From the IMG/VR virus record IMGVR_UViG_3300048080_000048, positions 1 to 44,418 of that record: a DNA stretch of 44,418 nt; one strand, 5' to 3'. The position numbers and the translations under genes were made by a program. Below the pieces are notes generated by a model that saw only the letters and a list, made by a program, of their open reading frames with translations, was not told the DNA's origin and ran no database searches. Source of the DNA: a virus (taxonomy: Duplodnaviria; Caudoviricetes). Positions 7,699-15,215 of the stretch are shown piece by piece (position 1 is the first letter of the stretch; each line of letters starts with the position of its first letter).

Positions 7699-8054
7699 TG
7701 GCTGGCCTTCACGATGACGGCGATCTGCTTCCGCGCCTCGCCCAAGTCGGTGCATGCGTCGCGCAGCTTGTCGAGCGTTCCGAGGAGACCGCAGTCGCAG
7801 CGCTTCCGCAGCCACCGGCAGTGGACATCGTGCTCCACGCTCCACGATCCCAACCCGCTGTCATCGTGGTCGAGATGCTGGCGCACGGCGTCTACGATCT
7901 TCTCGGCGCTCTCGATTCGGTCAGAGACGAGGCGCAGCGCAAGCTCGCGGCCGTGGTCGGGCCGGGGACCAGCTTCGCAGGTCGGGCACATAGCCCGGTG
8001 ACCGTTGTCCATGATCGCGCAGCCGCAGTCGAGTGTCGTTAGAACCTTGCTCAT
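7695..8054 (-). CDS. Cys-containing hypothetical protein
   Basis: CGC...CPTC and HDVHC...CDCG motifs; GAGGG RBS. Confidence 0.6.
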   Translation of the reverse strand: MSKVLTTLDCGCAIMDNGHRAMCPTCEAGPRPDHGRELALRLVSDRIESAEKIVDAVRQHLDHDDSGLGSWSVEHDVHCRWLRKRCDCGLLGTLDKLRDACTDLGEARKQIAVIVKASQ

Positions 8055-8279
8055 CGTTTCCCTCGCTCCGTGGTCGGGTGCCCGCTAGCAAGGCCCCCGT
8101 CATTCGCTAACCGCTGCGGCTCCCAAGCTGCATCCACCATGCCAAGTCCATTCACTTGGGGTTACCGCAGCGCGCCCCACGCGAGCGAGGCGGACTGCAC
8201 GGTGTAGCGTTGCGAGACGCACGGCGGCTACTTGCGCTTTATGACGATCTAGTCGGGGGTGTCGCTCAACCTCACGAAC

Positions 8280-8309
8280 AGCGTAGACCAGCGCCGGCCA
8301 ACCTGTCAA
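8280..8309 (-). promoter_or_regulatory. sigma70-like promoter (leftward)
   Basis: TTGACA-N18-TACGCT with an AT-rich tract upstream. Confidence 0.6.
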
Positions 8310-8335
8310 GGGGAAAATAACAACACAAATAGTCC

Positions 8336-8364
8336 TTGCACTCCAACCGCCCCCGTCCTATCCT
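8336..8364 (+). promoter_or_regulatory. sigma70-like promoter (rightward, probably leaderless)
   Basis: TTGCAC-N17-TATCCT, then 6 nt to ATG 8371 with no RBS. Confidence 0.6.
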
Positions 8365-8370
8365 GCGCTC

Positions 8371-8571
8371 ATGCGCGAGCCACGCTGCACCCGCTGCGGC
8401 AAGCCCGGGCATTATCGCACCCACTGCCAAGCTCGTGAGCGCAAGACCCAGTGGTGCGGCCGCTGCCAGTCCTACCGCCCCCGGGAGGGGCACAGGAACG
8501 GCTGGTGCGCCTCCTGCTGGCGGGTCTACCATCGGGACTATGCGAGACGGAGGCGGGCGCGCGCGGCGTGA
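8371..8571 (+). CDS. CCHC zinc-knuckle plus C4 zinc-finger basic protein
   Basis: CTRCGKPGHYRTHC (CX2CX4HX4C), then CGRC...CASC. Confidence 0.7.
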   Translation: MREPRCTRCGKPGHYRTHCQARERKTQWCGRCQSYRPREGHRNGWCASCWRVYHRDYARRRRARAA

Positions 8572-8680
8572 ATGGGGTGCCAATTGGCCTGGCTTCGCCA
8601 AGGAGCCATGAACGAGCCTCGCCTCGGCAATCGTGCCGGTACGGGTTGCCGGACTGTCCTGAGCGAAATACGGGGGTCGC

Positions 8681-9136
8681 ATGACAAAGCGTCATAGCCT
8701 GCTGCTCGCGTTCGTCGTCCTGCTCGCCGCACTGGTCGTGATCCTGCTCGCCACCGTCCCGGTCCAGCTCCATGCCCAGGTCGCATCCATCCGGCTCACA
8801 TGGACCGCGCCCGGAGATGACAGTTTGTCAGGGACCGCCACGAGCTACGACGTCCGCTACTCGTCGGCTCGTCCCGACACGGCCTCAGCCACGGCGAAAG
8901 CCTCATGGTGGGCCTCGGCTTCTCAGGCCTCAGGCGAGCCGGCACCACTCGCTCCCGGCAGCCTCCAGAGCTTCGACGTGGCCCCGACGGGTGGGTTCCT
9001 GACCGGGCGGGTCTACTGGTTTGTCATCAGAACGACGGATGACGCAGGCAATCAGTCGGGCTGGTCCAATGTGGCATCGAAGTCGCTCCCAGATTCAATT
9101 GCGCCCGCCCCAATTCTAGATCTTAGAGCCCAATGA
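8681..9136 (+). CDS. secreted fibronectin type III domain protein
   Basis: N-terminal hydrophobic signal; LTWTAPGDD..GTATSYDVRYS...YWFVIRTTDDAGNQSGWSNV. Confidence 0.8.
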   Translation: MTKRHSLLLAFVVLLAALVVILLATVPVQLHAQVASIRLTWTAPGDDSLSGTATSYDVRYSSARPDTASATAKASWWASASQASGEPAPLAPGSLQSFDVAPTGGFLTGRVYWFVIRTTDDAGNQSGWSNVASKSLPDSIAPAPILDLRAQ

Positions 9137-9639
9137 CGAACTTCTATTCCACCCGAACTTTCAGCGTGCCTATCACCCGTGCGGATTGGCTTGATAAACT
9201 CGGCGACTGGTTCGTTCCCGAGCCGAACACCGGTTGCTGGCTGTGGATGCGTAGCGTGAAAAACTCCGGCTACGGTCAATACAGGATCGGTTCACGTGTT
9301 TTCCTGGCCCATCGCCTGCTTTACGAGGCATTGATCGGGCCGATCCCAAACGGACTAACCATCGACCACCTCTGTCGGACGAAATCCTGCGTCAACCCAG
9401 CCCACATGGATCCGGTAACGATGGGTGTCAACGCGCTGCGCGGAGACTCGCCGCCATCGCGCAACGCCCATAAAACGCATTGCCTCCGCGGCCATGAGTT
9501 CACGCCCGATAACACAGCCAAGTGGCGTACCAAGCGCAACGGTAGACGGTGCCGAGAGTGCAATCGCCTCTACGGCAAGGTGGCATGGCTGCGACGCAAG
9601 GCCACAATGTTCCTCACCTACGTCCAGCAGGAGAAGTGA
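9133..9639 (+). CDS. HNH homing endonuclease
   Basis: GCWLW...GYG...AHR...IDHLCRTKSCVNPAHM...N, followed by KTHCLRGH...CREC zinc domain. Confidence 0.9.
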   Translation: MTNFYSTRTFSVPITRADWLDKLGDWFVPEPNTGCWLWMRSVKNSGYGQYRIGSRVFLAHRLLYEALIGPIPNGLTIDHLCRTKSCVNPAHMDPVTMGVNALRGDSPPSRNAHKTHCLRGHEFTPDNTAKWRTKRNGRRCRECNRLYGKVAWLRRKATMFLTYVQQEK

Positions 9640-9824
9640 TGGCCAGACTACCGAAACGCTCGCTCAAGGAAGCCGCCAAGGGTCCGCCGCTGCCCAAGCT
9701 CCGCCGTCCAAAGCCGAGATTCAGGCAGTCCGCGAAAGACGCGGCATTAGAAGCGCAGGAAGGCGCACTTGATGAGATGGACCGCATACGTGAGCGTCAG
9801 AAGCGACTCGGCAGGATTGCGTGA
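9639..9824 (+). CDS. small basic protein
   Basis: TGATG coupling with AGGAG RBS; MARLPKRSLK... Confidence 0.6.
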   Translation: MARLPKRSLKEAAKGPPLPKLRRPKPRFRQSAKDAALEAQEGALDEMDRIRERQKRLGRIA

Positions 9825-9891
9825 TGGCCAAACGCTCTCGCGCATGGAAGTCCCGACTCTGGCGCTGGATCGGATCGTGGAGGACCCGCTG

Positions 9892-10065
9892 ATGCCCACC
9901 GCACGCCGCATCCCGAGCCCCACCTACACCCGCAAGAAGCGAACGCTCATCAAACCGCTTGAGGATCTGACCGGCGGGGCCAAGGAACTGGCCTCTCGCC
10001 TCCGTACCGCCAAGGAGCGAGTGGTCGATGGCGTGAGGAAGATCAAGCAGCACACGAAGCGCTAG
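9892..10065 (+). CDS. small basic protein, paralog of 15216..15383
   Basis: GGAGG RBS; EDLTGGAKEL matches KDLTGGFREL. Confidence 0.6.
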   Translation: MPTARRIPSPTYTRKKRTLIKPLEDLTGGAKELASRLRTAKERVVDGVRKIKQHTKR

Positions 10066-10128
10066 TCCGGGCCGTGCGGGCCGCTGCGGCGACCGAGCAC
10101 GCTTGCGGGATGGGAAGTCCACCCGGAC
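10065..10128 (+). ncRNA. candidate three-way-junction RNA motif, copy A
   Basis: GTCCGGG/CCCGGAC closing stem, CGTG..AG-CACG arm and GTCC-ACC hairpin shared with 40559-40635. Confidence 0.4.
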
Positions 10129-10136
10129 GCTTGAGG

Positions 10137-10625
10137 CTAACGGTTGAGCGTCTGGCCGATCACCTGAGCTGCCGCCTCAACCGTGTAGCAATCGGTCACG
10201 TAACCGTCGCCGCGCCACAAGGTAATCCGCATGCTGTTCTGGTGTTGGTACTCGGGGGGCAAGCCGACGAAAAATTCGGTCCCCTCCACCGGGATCAGAC
10301 TGGTGCCCGAGGCTTGGTTAACGGCTCGCTGTACGGCGTCGGCGTAGCGACGGCCGATCACTTCCAGCGCCTCGCTGGAGTACCGGACGGAGAGGTAGCG
10401 GTTCCCTCCACCCAGAATCTCTCCCGTGACCTCACATCTGCGGATGTGCTCATGGGGTTCCGCGGCATCCCTGACTGGCTGCAGCGGCACCGCCGGGTCC
10501 TTGACCAGCACGTTGATTGCTGAGCCCATCGAGAACTGCTCCGCGCGGACCGATACCTGGCGAGAAGTCCACCCTTTGCGCTTCAGTTGAGCGCGAATCT
10601 CTGCGGCTGCTTCGGTGGTCGTCAT
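10137..10625 (-). CDS. early protein with LPD29-like N-terminus (tentative)
   Basis: AAEIRAQLK...VSVR...SMGSAINV pattern; GGGAG RBS. Confidence 0.55.
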   Translation of the reverse strand: MTTTEAAAEIRAQLKRKGWTSRQVSVRAEQFSMGSAINVLVKDPAVPLQPVRDAAEPHEHIRRCEVTGEILGGGNRYLSVRYSSEALEVIGRRYADAVQRAVNQASGTSLIPVEGTEFFVGLPPEYQHQNSMRITLWRGDGYVTDCYTVEAAAQVIGQTLNR

Positions 10626-10671
10626 GTTGGCAGTCTCCCATGTGCGCGCATCGTCGGCTGCGCGCTGGCCG

Positions 10672-10911
10672 TTAGCGCTGGTTCATGGCCTGCGGGACGC
10701 TGATTGCGGCCCAGCCAGAGAACATCGACCGATTCGCTTCGGATGCGGCCCGCTGTGCCTGATCGTGCCAGCGGAAACGCTTGGCACGGCTCCAGATGTC
10801 GGTTGCTGTCTCGGACTCATTGTCGGCGATGTAGAACCTTGTCCCGTCCCGCAGGTTAGTCACTACCCAGCATGACATTTCGCGGTCGATTGCCTCGAAG
10901 TCCATCACCAT
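10672..10911 (-). CDS. hypothetical protein
   Basis: AAGGGAG RBS; 3' part of ORF 10672..10995. Confidence 0.55.
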   Translation of the reverse strand: MVMDFEAIDREMSCWVVTNLRDGTRFYIADNESETATDIWSRAKRFRWHDQAQRAASEANRSMFSGWAAISVPQAMNQR

Positions 10912-10916
10912 CTCCC

Positions 10917-11039
10917 TTACCAGCGATTGCGGCCGATCCGCCGCAGGTTCAGCAGCGCCACCAGCGCCACGGGCAGCGCCACCAGGCCGAGCCACAGCAG
11001 GCAGGGCGCGTATTCGAGCAGCCCGAGGTCGGCGGTCAT
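10917..11039 (-). CDS. small membrane protein (40 aa)
   Basis: Manual translation MTADLGLLEYAPCLLWLGLVALPVALVALLNLRRIGRNRW; ATGA-coupled. Confidence 0.55.
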   Translation of the reverse strand: MTADLGLLEYAPCLLWLGLVALPVALVALLNLRRIGRNRW

Positions 11040-11308
11040 GGCTTGGCCTCCAGTCTGTAGACGGTGAACCTAGTGCGGGTGAAGCCGCCTAGTTCACCAC
11101 TGGCTTTGACCGCCTGCCCGCCGATGCTGCCGAGTGGCGACCAGGGGTTGACGGAGCGCCATACGCTGACCTTGAGTCGCTTGAGCGCCGCTCGAATCTC
11201 GGCGACCGTCGCGCGATGCTCCAGCCCGTTCCAGAGCTGGTGAAGCTCCGATCCGCCCGTGTGCTCCAGGTATTCCCTTACCGCCTGATTGACTTCGGGG
11301 CCGCTCAT
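11036..11308 (-). CDS. hypothetical protein
   Basis: ATGA-coupled start MSGPEV. Confidence 0.55.
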   Translation of the reverse strand: MSGPEVNQAVREYLEHTGGSELHQLWNGLEHRATVAEIRAALKRLKVSVWRSVNPWSPLGSIGGQAVKASGELGGFTRTRFTVYRLEAKP

Positions 11309-11523
11309 GACACGACCCGCCAGTAGCGTGCCCACATCCATTGCCGCTTGCCGGTCAAGTGAAGCTCCAGCAGCAGCCGGCCGCGAGTGCGCCCGACTTC
11401 GACCACGGTCGCGTATCGGCCCGCATTCGCCAGCCCGAAGCCTTGCACCGTCGCACCAGCCGAGATGCCATTACCGCAAGCGTCGTCCACCGTCCGCGCC
11501 ATTCTCTGTTCCTGTCCGCTCAT
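11305..11523 (-). CDS. small beta-rich (SH3-like?) protein
   Basis: GATVQG...YATVVEVGRTRGRLLLE...WMWARYWRVV. Confidence 0.5.
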   Translation of the reverse strand: MSGQEQRMARTVDDACGNGISAGATVQGFGLANAGRYATVVEVGRTRGRLLLELHLTGKRQWMWARYWRVVS

Positions 11524-11524
11524 C

Positions 11525-11851
11525 TCATCCTCCGCAGATCCCGACGCGGGAATAGGCCCGCGTCACCTCGGCCATGCTCTCAAAGGTTCGCACCGCTCGG
11601 TCCGGGTGATCCGCCAGCCGCTGCGAGCGGTCTGCCTTGGCCATCGCCTCCGCCGCGTTTGCGGCCTGGACCTCCATCGTCCATCCACCCTGCATCTCGA
11701 CCTGGTAACGCTTGCGCGCGGTCACGACTCCTGGAATCGTGTGGCCTAGCGAGTCGGTGCAGAACTTCGGCCCGTGGACGCTGCCGCCCTCGCCAAAGAA
11801 AGCGGCGGGCGGGTCAATCTGATGCTGGCCGCAGCGACAGGGCGCGGTCAT
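11525..11851 (-). CDS. hypothetical protein
   Basis: ATGA-coupled start MTAPCRCG. Confidence 0.55.
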   Translation of the reverse strand: MTAPCRCGQHQIDPPAAFFGEGGSVHGPKFCTDSLGHTIPGVVTARKRYQVEMQGGWTMEVQAANAAEAMAKADRSQRLADHPDRAVRTFESMAEVTRAYSRVGICGG

Positions 11852-12021
11852 GACTGCACCAGCTCGGCTAGCATCTCGACCCAAATGGAATCCGCGCCAT
11901 CGCGCTCGGCACTATCTCTCAGCCTTTGTATCAGGTAGGCCCTTCTGCTCGCGCTCTCGTTCCTGCGTTCGGATGCCCGCCGCAGGATCGTCTCTGGCTT
12001 CATCGGCACCAGCTTCTTCAT
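11848..12021 (-). CDS. hypothetical protein, first gene of the leftward early operon
   Basis: GGAGGA RBS; downstream of promoter 12065-12093. Confidence 0.6.
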   Translation of the reverse strand: MKKLVPMKPETILRRASERRNESASRRAYLIQRLRDSAERDGADSIWVEMLAELVQS

Positions 12022-12064
12022 CGTATCCTCCGCAGTTCCCGACGGCTCCATTGCCGTCACTCAC

Positions 12065-12093
12065 AGTATGTATGCAGTGGGTGTGCCAGTCAA
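12065..12093 (-). promoter_or_regulatory. sigma70-like early promoter
   Basis: TTGACT-N17-CATACT; shares ATACATACT with the 5575 promoter. Confidence 0.75.
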
Positions 12094-12662
12094 GGGGCCA
12101 CCGCAAGGCAAGCACTTAGGGCTGTGAGCCTGGCCGGGCGGCAGGCAAAGTGCAAGGTAGACCGACGCATCCCGCAAGCCCAAGAGGTCAGAGAGCGGGC
12201 TGGTGTAGCCGAGTCAAGTAAGCCCAGCCGCCCGAGCGGCCTCGTCTGGTGGACGGCGGAAGCAGGAGGACCGTCTCCCATGGCCTCCCACATACCCAAG
12301 GAAGCTACCAAGGCTTAGCGCAGAAGACGCGACCAGCCACCGCACGCCTCCAGCACCACGCCCGCCCGACATCACGGCACAGCCAGGCTAGACCGCCATC
12401 ACGCGCACCCCTAGCCGTACCACACATAGTGTCGGTATTCTTTACACTCCCTCCCAGCATTGTGGCAACCCGACGCGCGTGCATATCGTGTGCGCGCATG
12501 GTGTTACGGGTGGGTGTTTTGACGCTGCACGCGCGAGCATGGGCGTGCGTGCGTGCGTGCAGCGTGCGCGCGAAGGGGGGCCCGCCCCCCACGGGGATCT
12601 TGCTGTCGGGATAAACGTGGTGACAGGCATGGCGCAGAAAATCCGGGGAAGAAAACGCGGGC

Positions 12663-12691
12663 TTGACGCGCGCGTGCTGCGGGCACATGCT
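12663..12691 (+). promoter_or_regulatory. sigma70-like promoter for the replication operon
   Basis: TTGACG-N17-CATGCT. Confidence 0.65.
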
Positions 12692-12712
12692 GTGGGGGCG
12701 AGGCGGAGAGAC

Positions 12713-12805
12713 GCGGTCCGGGTCAGGTTTCGGCGGTCTCTGCCTCGCAGCAGGACGAAGCGCCCGAACGCGCTGCCGGACCTGACCTGGGCCGCTTTTG
12801 TTTTT
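12713..12805 (+). terminator. long branched hairpin with T-tract (attenuator-like leader)
   Basis: GCGGTCCGGGTCAGGT pairs with ACCTGACCTGGGCCGC, followed by TTTTGTTTTT. Confidence 0.6.
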
Positions 12806-12814
12806 GGGGGTGGT

Positions 12815-13606
12815 GTGAGGAACGGGCGGGCAAGGGAGTTCCTGTTCGAGCCGGCGCGGTTCAAGAACGATCCGGCGGTGATGAGGATGAGCGTGGTGGG
12901 GCGAGGTGCTTACGCGATACTGTTTTGCGAGGGTTGGGACATGGCGGAGCCTGGGGTTTTGCCGGCGGATGACGTATTGCTGGCGATTCTGGCGAGGGTG
13001 GACGACGAGACGTGGGTGGAGATCCGGGATGAGGTGGCGGCGGCCTACGACACGGTCACGAGGCCCGGGTTCTGGGTGCAGCGTGGGACGGTTGAGACGC
13101 ACAGGGCGCAGCGGGAGTGGTTTGAGGGCAGGGTGGAGGCGGGGAGAATGGGCGGCATCGCCAGCGGGAAGCAACGTCGAAGCACAGGTTCAAGCACAGG
13201 TTCAAGCACAGCTTCAAGCAGTGCTTCGTCAGAAACGAAGCGGTTAGGTGTTGTTAGGTTGGGAGAGGTGTTGAAGGTAGAGGATGGAGAATCAACACCC
13301 TTGGCCGAGAATCCGGCCGTTGAGGTGGTGGAAGAGATCCTGAAGCCGAAGGAGGAGTGGGACGAGGCGTTCCGAGAGGACTTCTGGAAGCTATACCCCA
13401 GGAAGATCAAGAAACCCCACGCCTCGAAGGCCTGGCAGGCTTTGAGACCGAAAAAGGTCGAGGACCAGCCGGCGATGGCGGACGAGATCTGTTCCGGGGT
13501 CGAACGCTGGATTGCCTACTGGAGGCTCATGAACACCACGGAGGACAAGATCCCCTATCCAGCCAGTTTCCTGAACGGCCGTCAGTTCGAGGACTTCCCA
13601 TCATGA
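12815..13606 (+). CDS. replication initiator (YdaU/DUF1376-like N-terminus)
   Basis: FEPARFKNDPAV..MS..GRGAYAILFC..W...LPADD; C-terminal FWKLYPRK...KAW...IPYPASFLN; internal iterons. Confidence 0.75.
   Translation: MRNGRAREFLFEPARFKNDPAVMRMSVVGRGAYAILFCEGWDMAEPGVLPADDVLLAILARVDDETWVEIRDEVAAAYDTVTRPGFWVQRGTVETHRAQREWFEGRVEAGRMGGIASGKQRRSTGSSTGSSTASSSASSETKRLGVVRLGEVLKVEDGESTPLAENPAVEVVEEILKPKEEWDEAFREDFWKLYPRKIKKPHASKAWQALRPKKVEDQPAMADEICSGVERWIAYWRLMNTTEDKIPYPASFLNGRQFEDFPS
13180..13227 (+). repeat. four 12-bp iteron-like repeats (putative origin)
   Basis: AAGCACAGGTTC x2, AAGCACAGCTTC, AAGCAGTGCTTC. Confidence 0.7.
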
Positions 13607-14031
13607 GGCGGGCGAATAAGTCGGTCGGTCCTTTGGGACAGGAGGCGGTCGTCCGGATGTTCTGGGCGGCGTTCCTGGGATCGGAGGTCGAGGCTGACGG
13701 CCAGGTGCCGGGATTCAGCCGGGCCTGGGACAAACTCTCTCCATGGGCGCGGGCCGAGGCGGACCGATACGCCTACTTCGCCTGGGTCAAGATCGAGCGC
13801 GACCACCGTGATGCCGACGAGTGCATCCCCTCCGGGGTCTCGGCACTGCGAGATCGGCTGCGCGAGGAACCCCCCGAAGCGACCACCCTCCCCGGGGTCG
13901 AAGAGATCCGCGCCCTGGTCTCGACCATCGTGCGGGGGCTGTCGGACCGCCCGGAAGACCAGCATCCCAGACCGGTGGAGATCCCAGCCAGGCCGTTCTC
14001 CCCGGACGAGACCTGGGAGGGGTGGTCTTGA
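13603..14031 (+). CDS. hypothetical protein following the initiator (helicase-loader position)
   Basis: ATGA coupling; function inferred from position only. Confidence 0.55.
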   Translation: MRRANKSVGPLGQEAVVRMFWAAFLGSEVEADGQVPGFSRAWDKLSPWARAEADRYAYFAWVKIERDHRDADECIPSGVSALRDRLREEPPEATTLPGVEEIRALVSTIVRGLSDRPEDQHPRPVEIPARPFSPDETWEGWS

Positions 14032-14056
14032 CAGAATCTCCGAGCGGGCACAGACT
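14028..14056 (+). promoter_or_regulatory. sigma70-like promoter, probably leaderless
   Basis: TTGACA-N17-CAGACT, 6 nt before ATG 14063. Confidence 0.65.
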
Positions 14057-14062
14057 CCCGGC

Positions 14063-14305
14063 ATGAAGTACGGCTCGGCGTTCTCCACCCGCTGCCCGAG
14101 GTGCCACCAGTACGACCATGCCGACTGCAATCCTCTGCCGCTGGAGACCCCGAGCCACAACGGGACGTATCGCGGGAGTCTTCCGGTCCGCGTCCTGCCG
14201 ATCGGCGCCTCAGGGGACGATCTCAAACCATCGCGAAGAGCGGTGATCGCGCAGAAGCACTCGACCACCGCGAGACCCCGACTCCCCTCCGGGCGTTTCG
14301 GATGA
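14063..14305 (+). CDS. hypothetical protein with CxxC..H..C motif
   Basis: MKYGSAFSTRCPRCHQYDHADC. Confidence 0.55.
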   Translation: MKYGSAFSTRCPRCHQYDHADCNPLPLETPSHNGTYRGSLPVRVLPIGASGDDLKPSRRAVIAQKHSTTARPRLPSGRFG

Positions 14306-14502
14306 AACCAGCGACGCTGATGACCCGCACCGAACAGAGCCTGAAGCTCGCCGCCGAGCGCGCCGTGAGGTCGTGCGCTCCGGTGCTGGTCCGCACCACG
14401 AGGTCGCTGATCGACCGCGAGCAGGCGCAGGAACTCGACGAAGCCCGAGGTGCCCTGATGGGACTCGCCTCCGCCCTGGAATCCTATCCGCCGAAGGAGT
14501 GA
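14302..14502 (+). CDS. hypothetical protein
   Basis: ATGA-coupled start MKPATL. Confidence 0.55.
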   Translation: MKPATLMTRTEQSLKLAAERAVRSCAPVLVRTTRSLIDREQAQELDEARGALMGLASALESYPPKE

Positions 14503-14506
14503 ACGG

Positions 14507-14674
14507 GTGCGCTGGAAGAACGGTGGACCGCCCAAGCTCTACGTCGTGGTCGATAACACCGACGGCAGCATCATCACCTACGACCGCTTGAGTAAGCGCC
14601 GGGCAGCATTCAAGAAGAGCCACGAGAAGACGCTCGACTGCGTGCTCCTAACCTACGTCCAGCAGGAGAAGTGA
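14507..14674 (+). CDS. small protein (55 aa) ending LTYVQQEK
   Basis: Manual translation MRWKNGGPPKLYVVVDNTDGSIITYDRL...LLTYVQQEK; AAGGAG RBS. Confidence 0.6.
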   Translation: MRWKNGGPPKLYVVVDNTDGSIITYDRLSKRRAAFKKSHEKTLDCVLLTYVQQEK

Positions 14675-14844
14675 TGCCCGCCCGCCGCGTGATGTCCGAG
14701 TTCCGCGCCGGCAGACTTCACTCGGGCTCCAAGCATGGGCCGGTCGTTACCAACCCGAAGCAGGCAAGAGCCATCCAGATCTCGGAGGCGCGCGAGGAAG
14801 GCCACGACATCCCGAAGCGCAGGAGACCGCGGAGGAAGACGTGA
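14674..14844 (+). CDS. DUF6496-like small basic protein (56 aa)
   Basis: Manual translation VMSEFRAGRLHSGSKHGPVVTNPKQARAIQISEAR fits the VM.EF..G.LHSG...V..KQA.AI..SEAR signature. Confidence 0.75.
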   Translation: MPARRVMSEFRAGRLHSGSKHGPVVTNPKQARAIQISEAREEGHDIPKRRRPRRKT

Positions 14845-15026
14845 GCATCGTCGAGGTTCAGCGCGAGCCCGCCCCGGAAGCGTTTTCGGACCTCATCAAG
14901 AAGCACTACGGCCAGAGCTACGCCGCCAAGGGCGAGACAATCATCGCCGTGTGGATAACCCAGCGCGACCACCTTGGTAACGTCATCGGCTTCGACATCG
15001 ACACCGTGCCGCCGAGGAAGCCGTGA
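14841..15026 (+). CDS. hypothetical protein
   Basis: GTGA coupling and GGAGG RBS. Confidence 0.6.
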   Translation: MSIVEVQREPAPEAFSDLIKKHYGQSYAAKGETIIAVWITQRDHLGNVIGFDIDTVPPRKP

Positions 15027-15214
15027 CCTTCGAGATGTCCCGCGCCACCTGCCCGTTCTATCAGAACCCCACCTGGCTGGTGGAGAAAATCCTGACCCCG
15101 GGAGAACGCTACTTGCTCGGCACCTTCGAGAACGAGTACCGTGCCAGCGTCTGCCTGGAGAGTTTCAAGGCCAGCGTCGAGGTCGGAAACGGAGCGGAGG
15201 TGGTCCGTGGCTGA
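15023..15214 (+). CDS. hypothetical protein
   Basis: GTGA coupling. Confidence 0.55.
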   Translation: MTFEMSRATCPFYQNPTWLVEKILTPGERYLLGTFENEYRASVCLESFKASVEVGNGAEVVRG

Positions 15215-15215
15215 G

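Noticed and set aside
8100-8309. 69-aa ORF
   Set aside because: It starts within the -35 hexamer, lacks an RBS and overlaps a strongly paired leader.
12479-12814. N-terminal extension of the replication ORF
   Set aside because: It spans a promoter and a terminator-like hairpin; family-like sequence begins only at GTG 12815.
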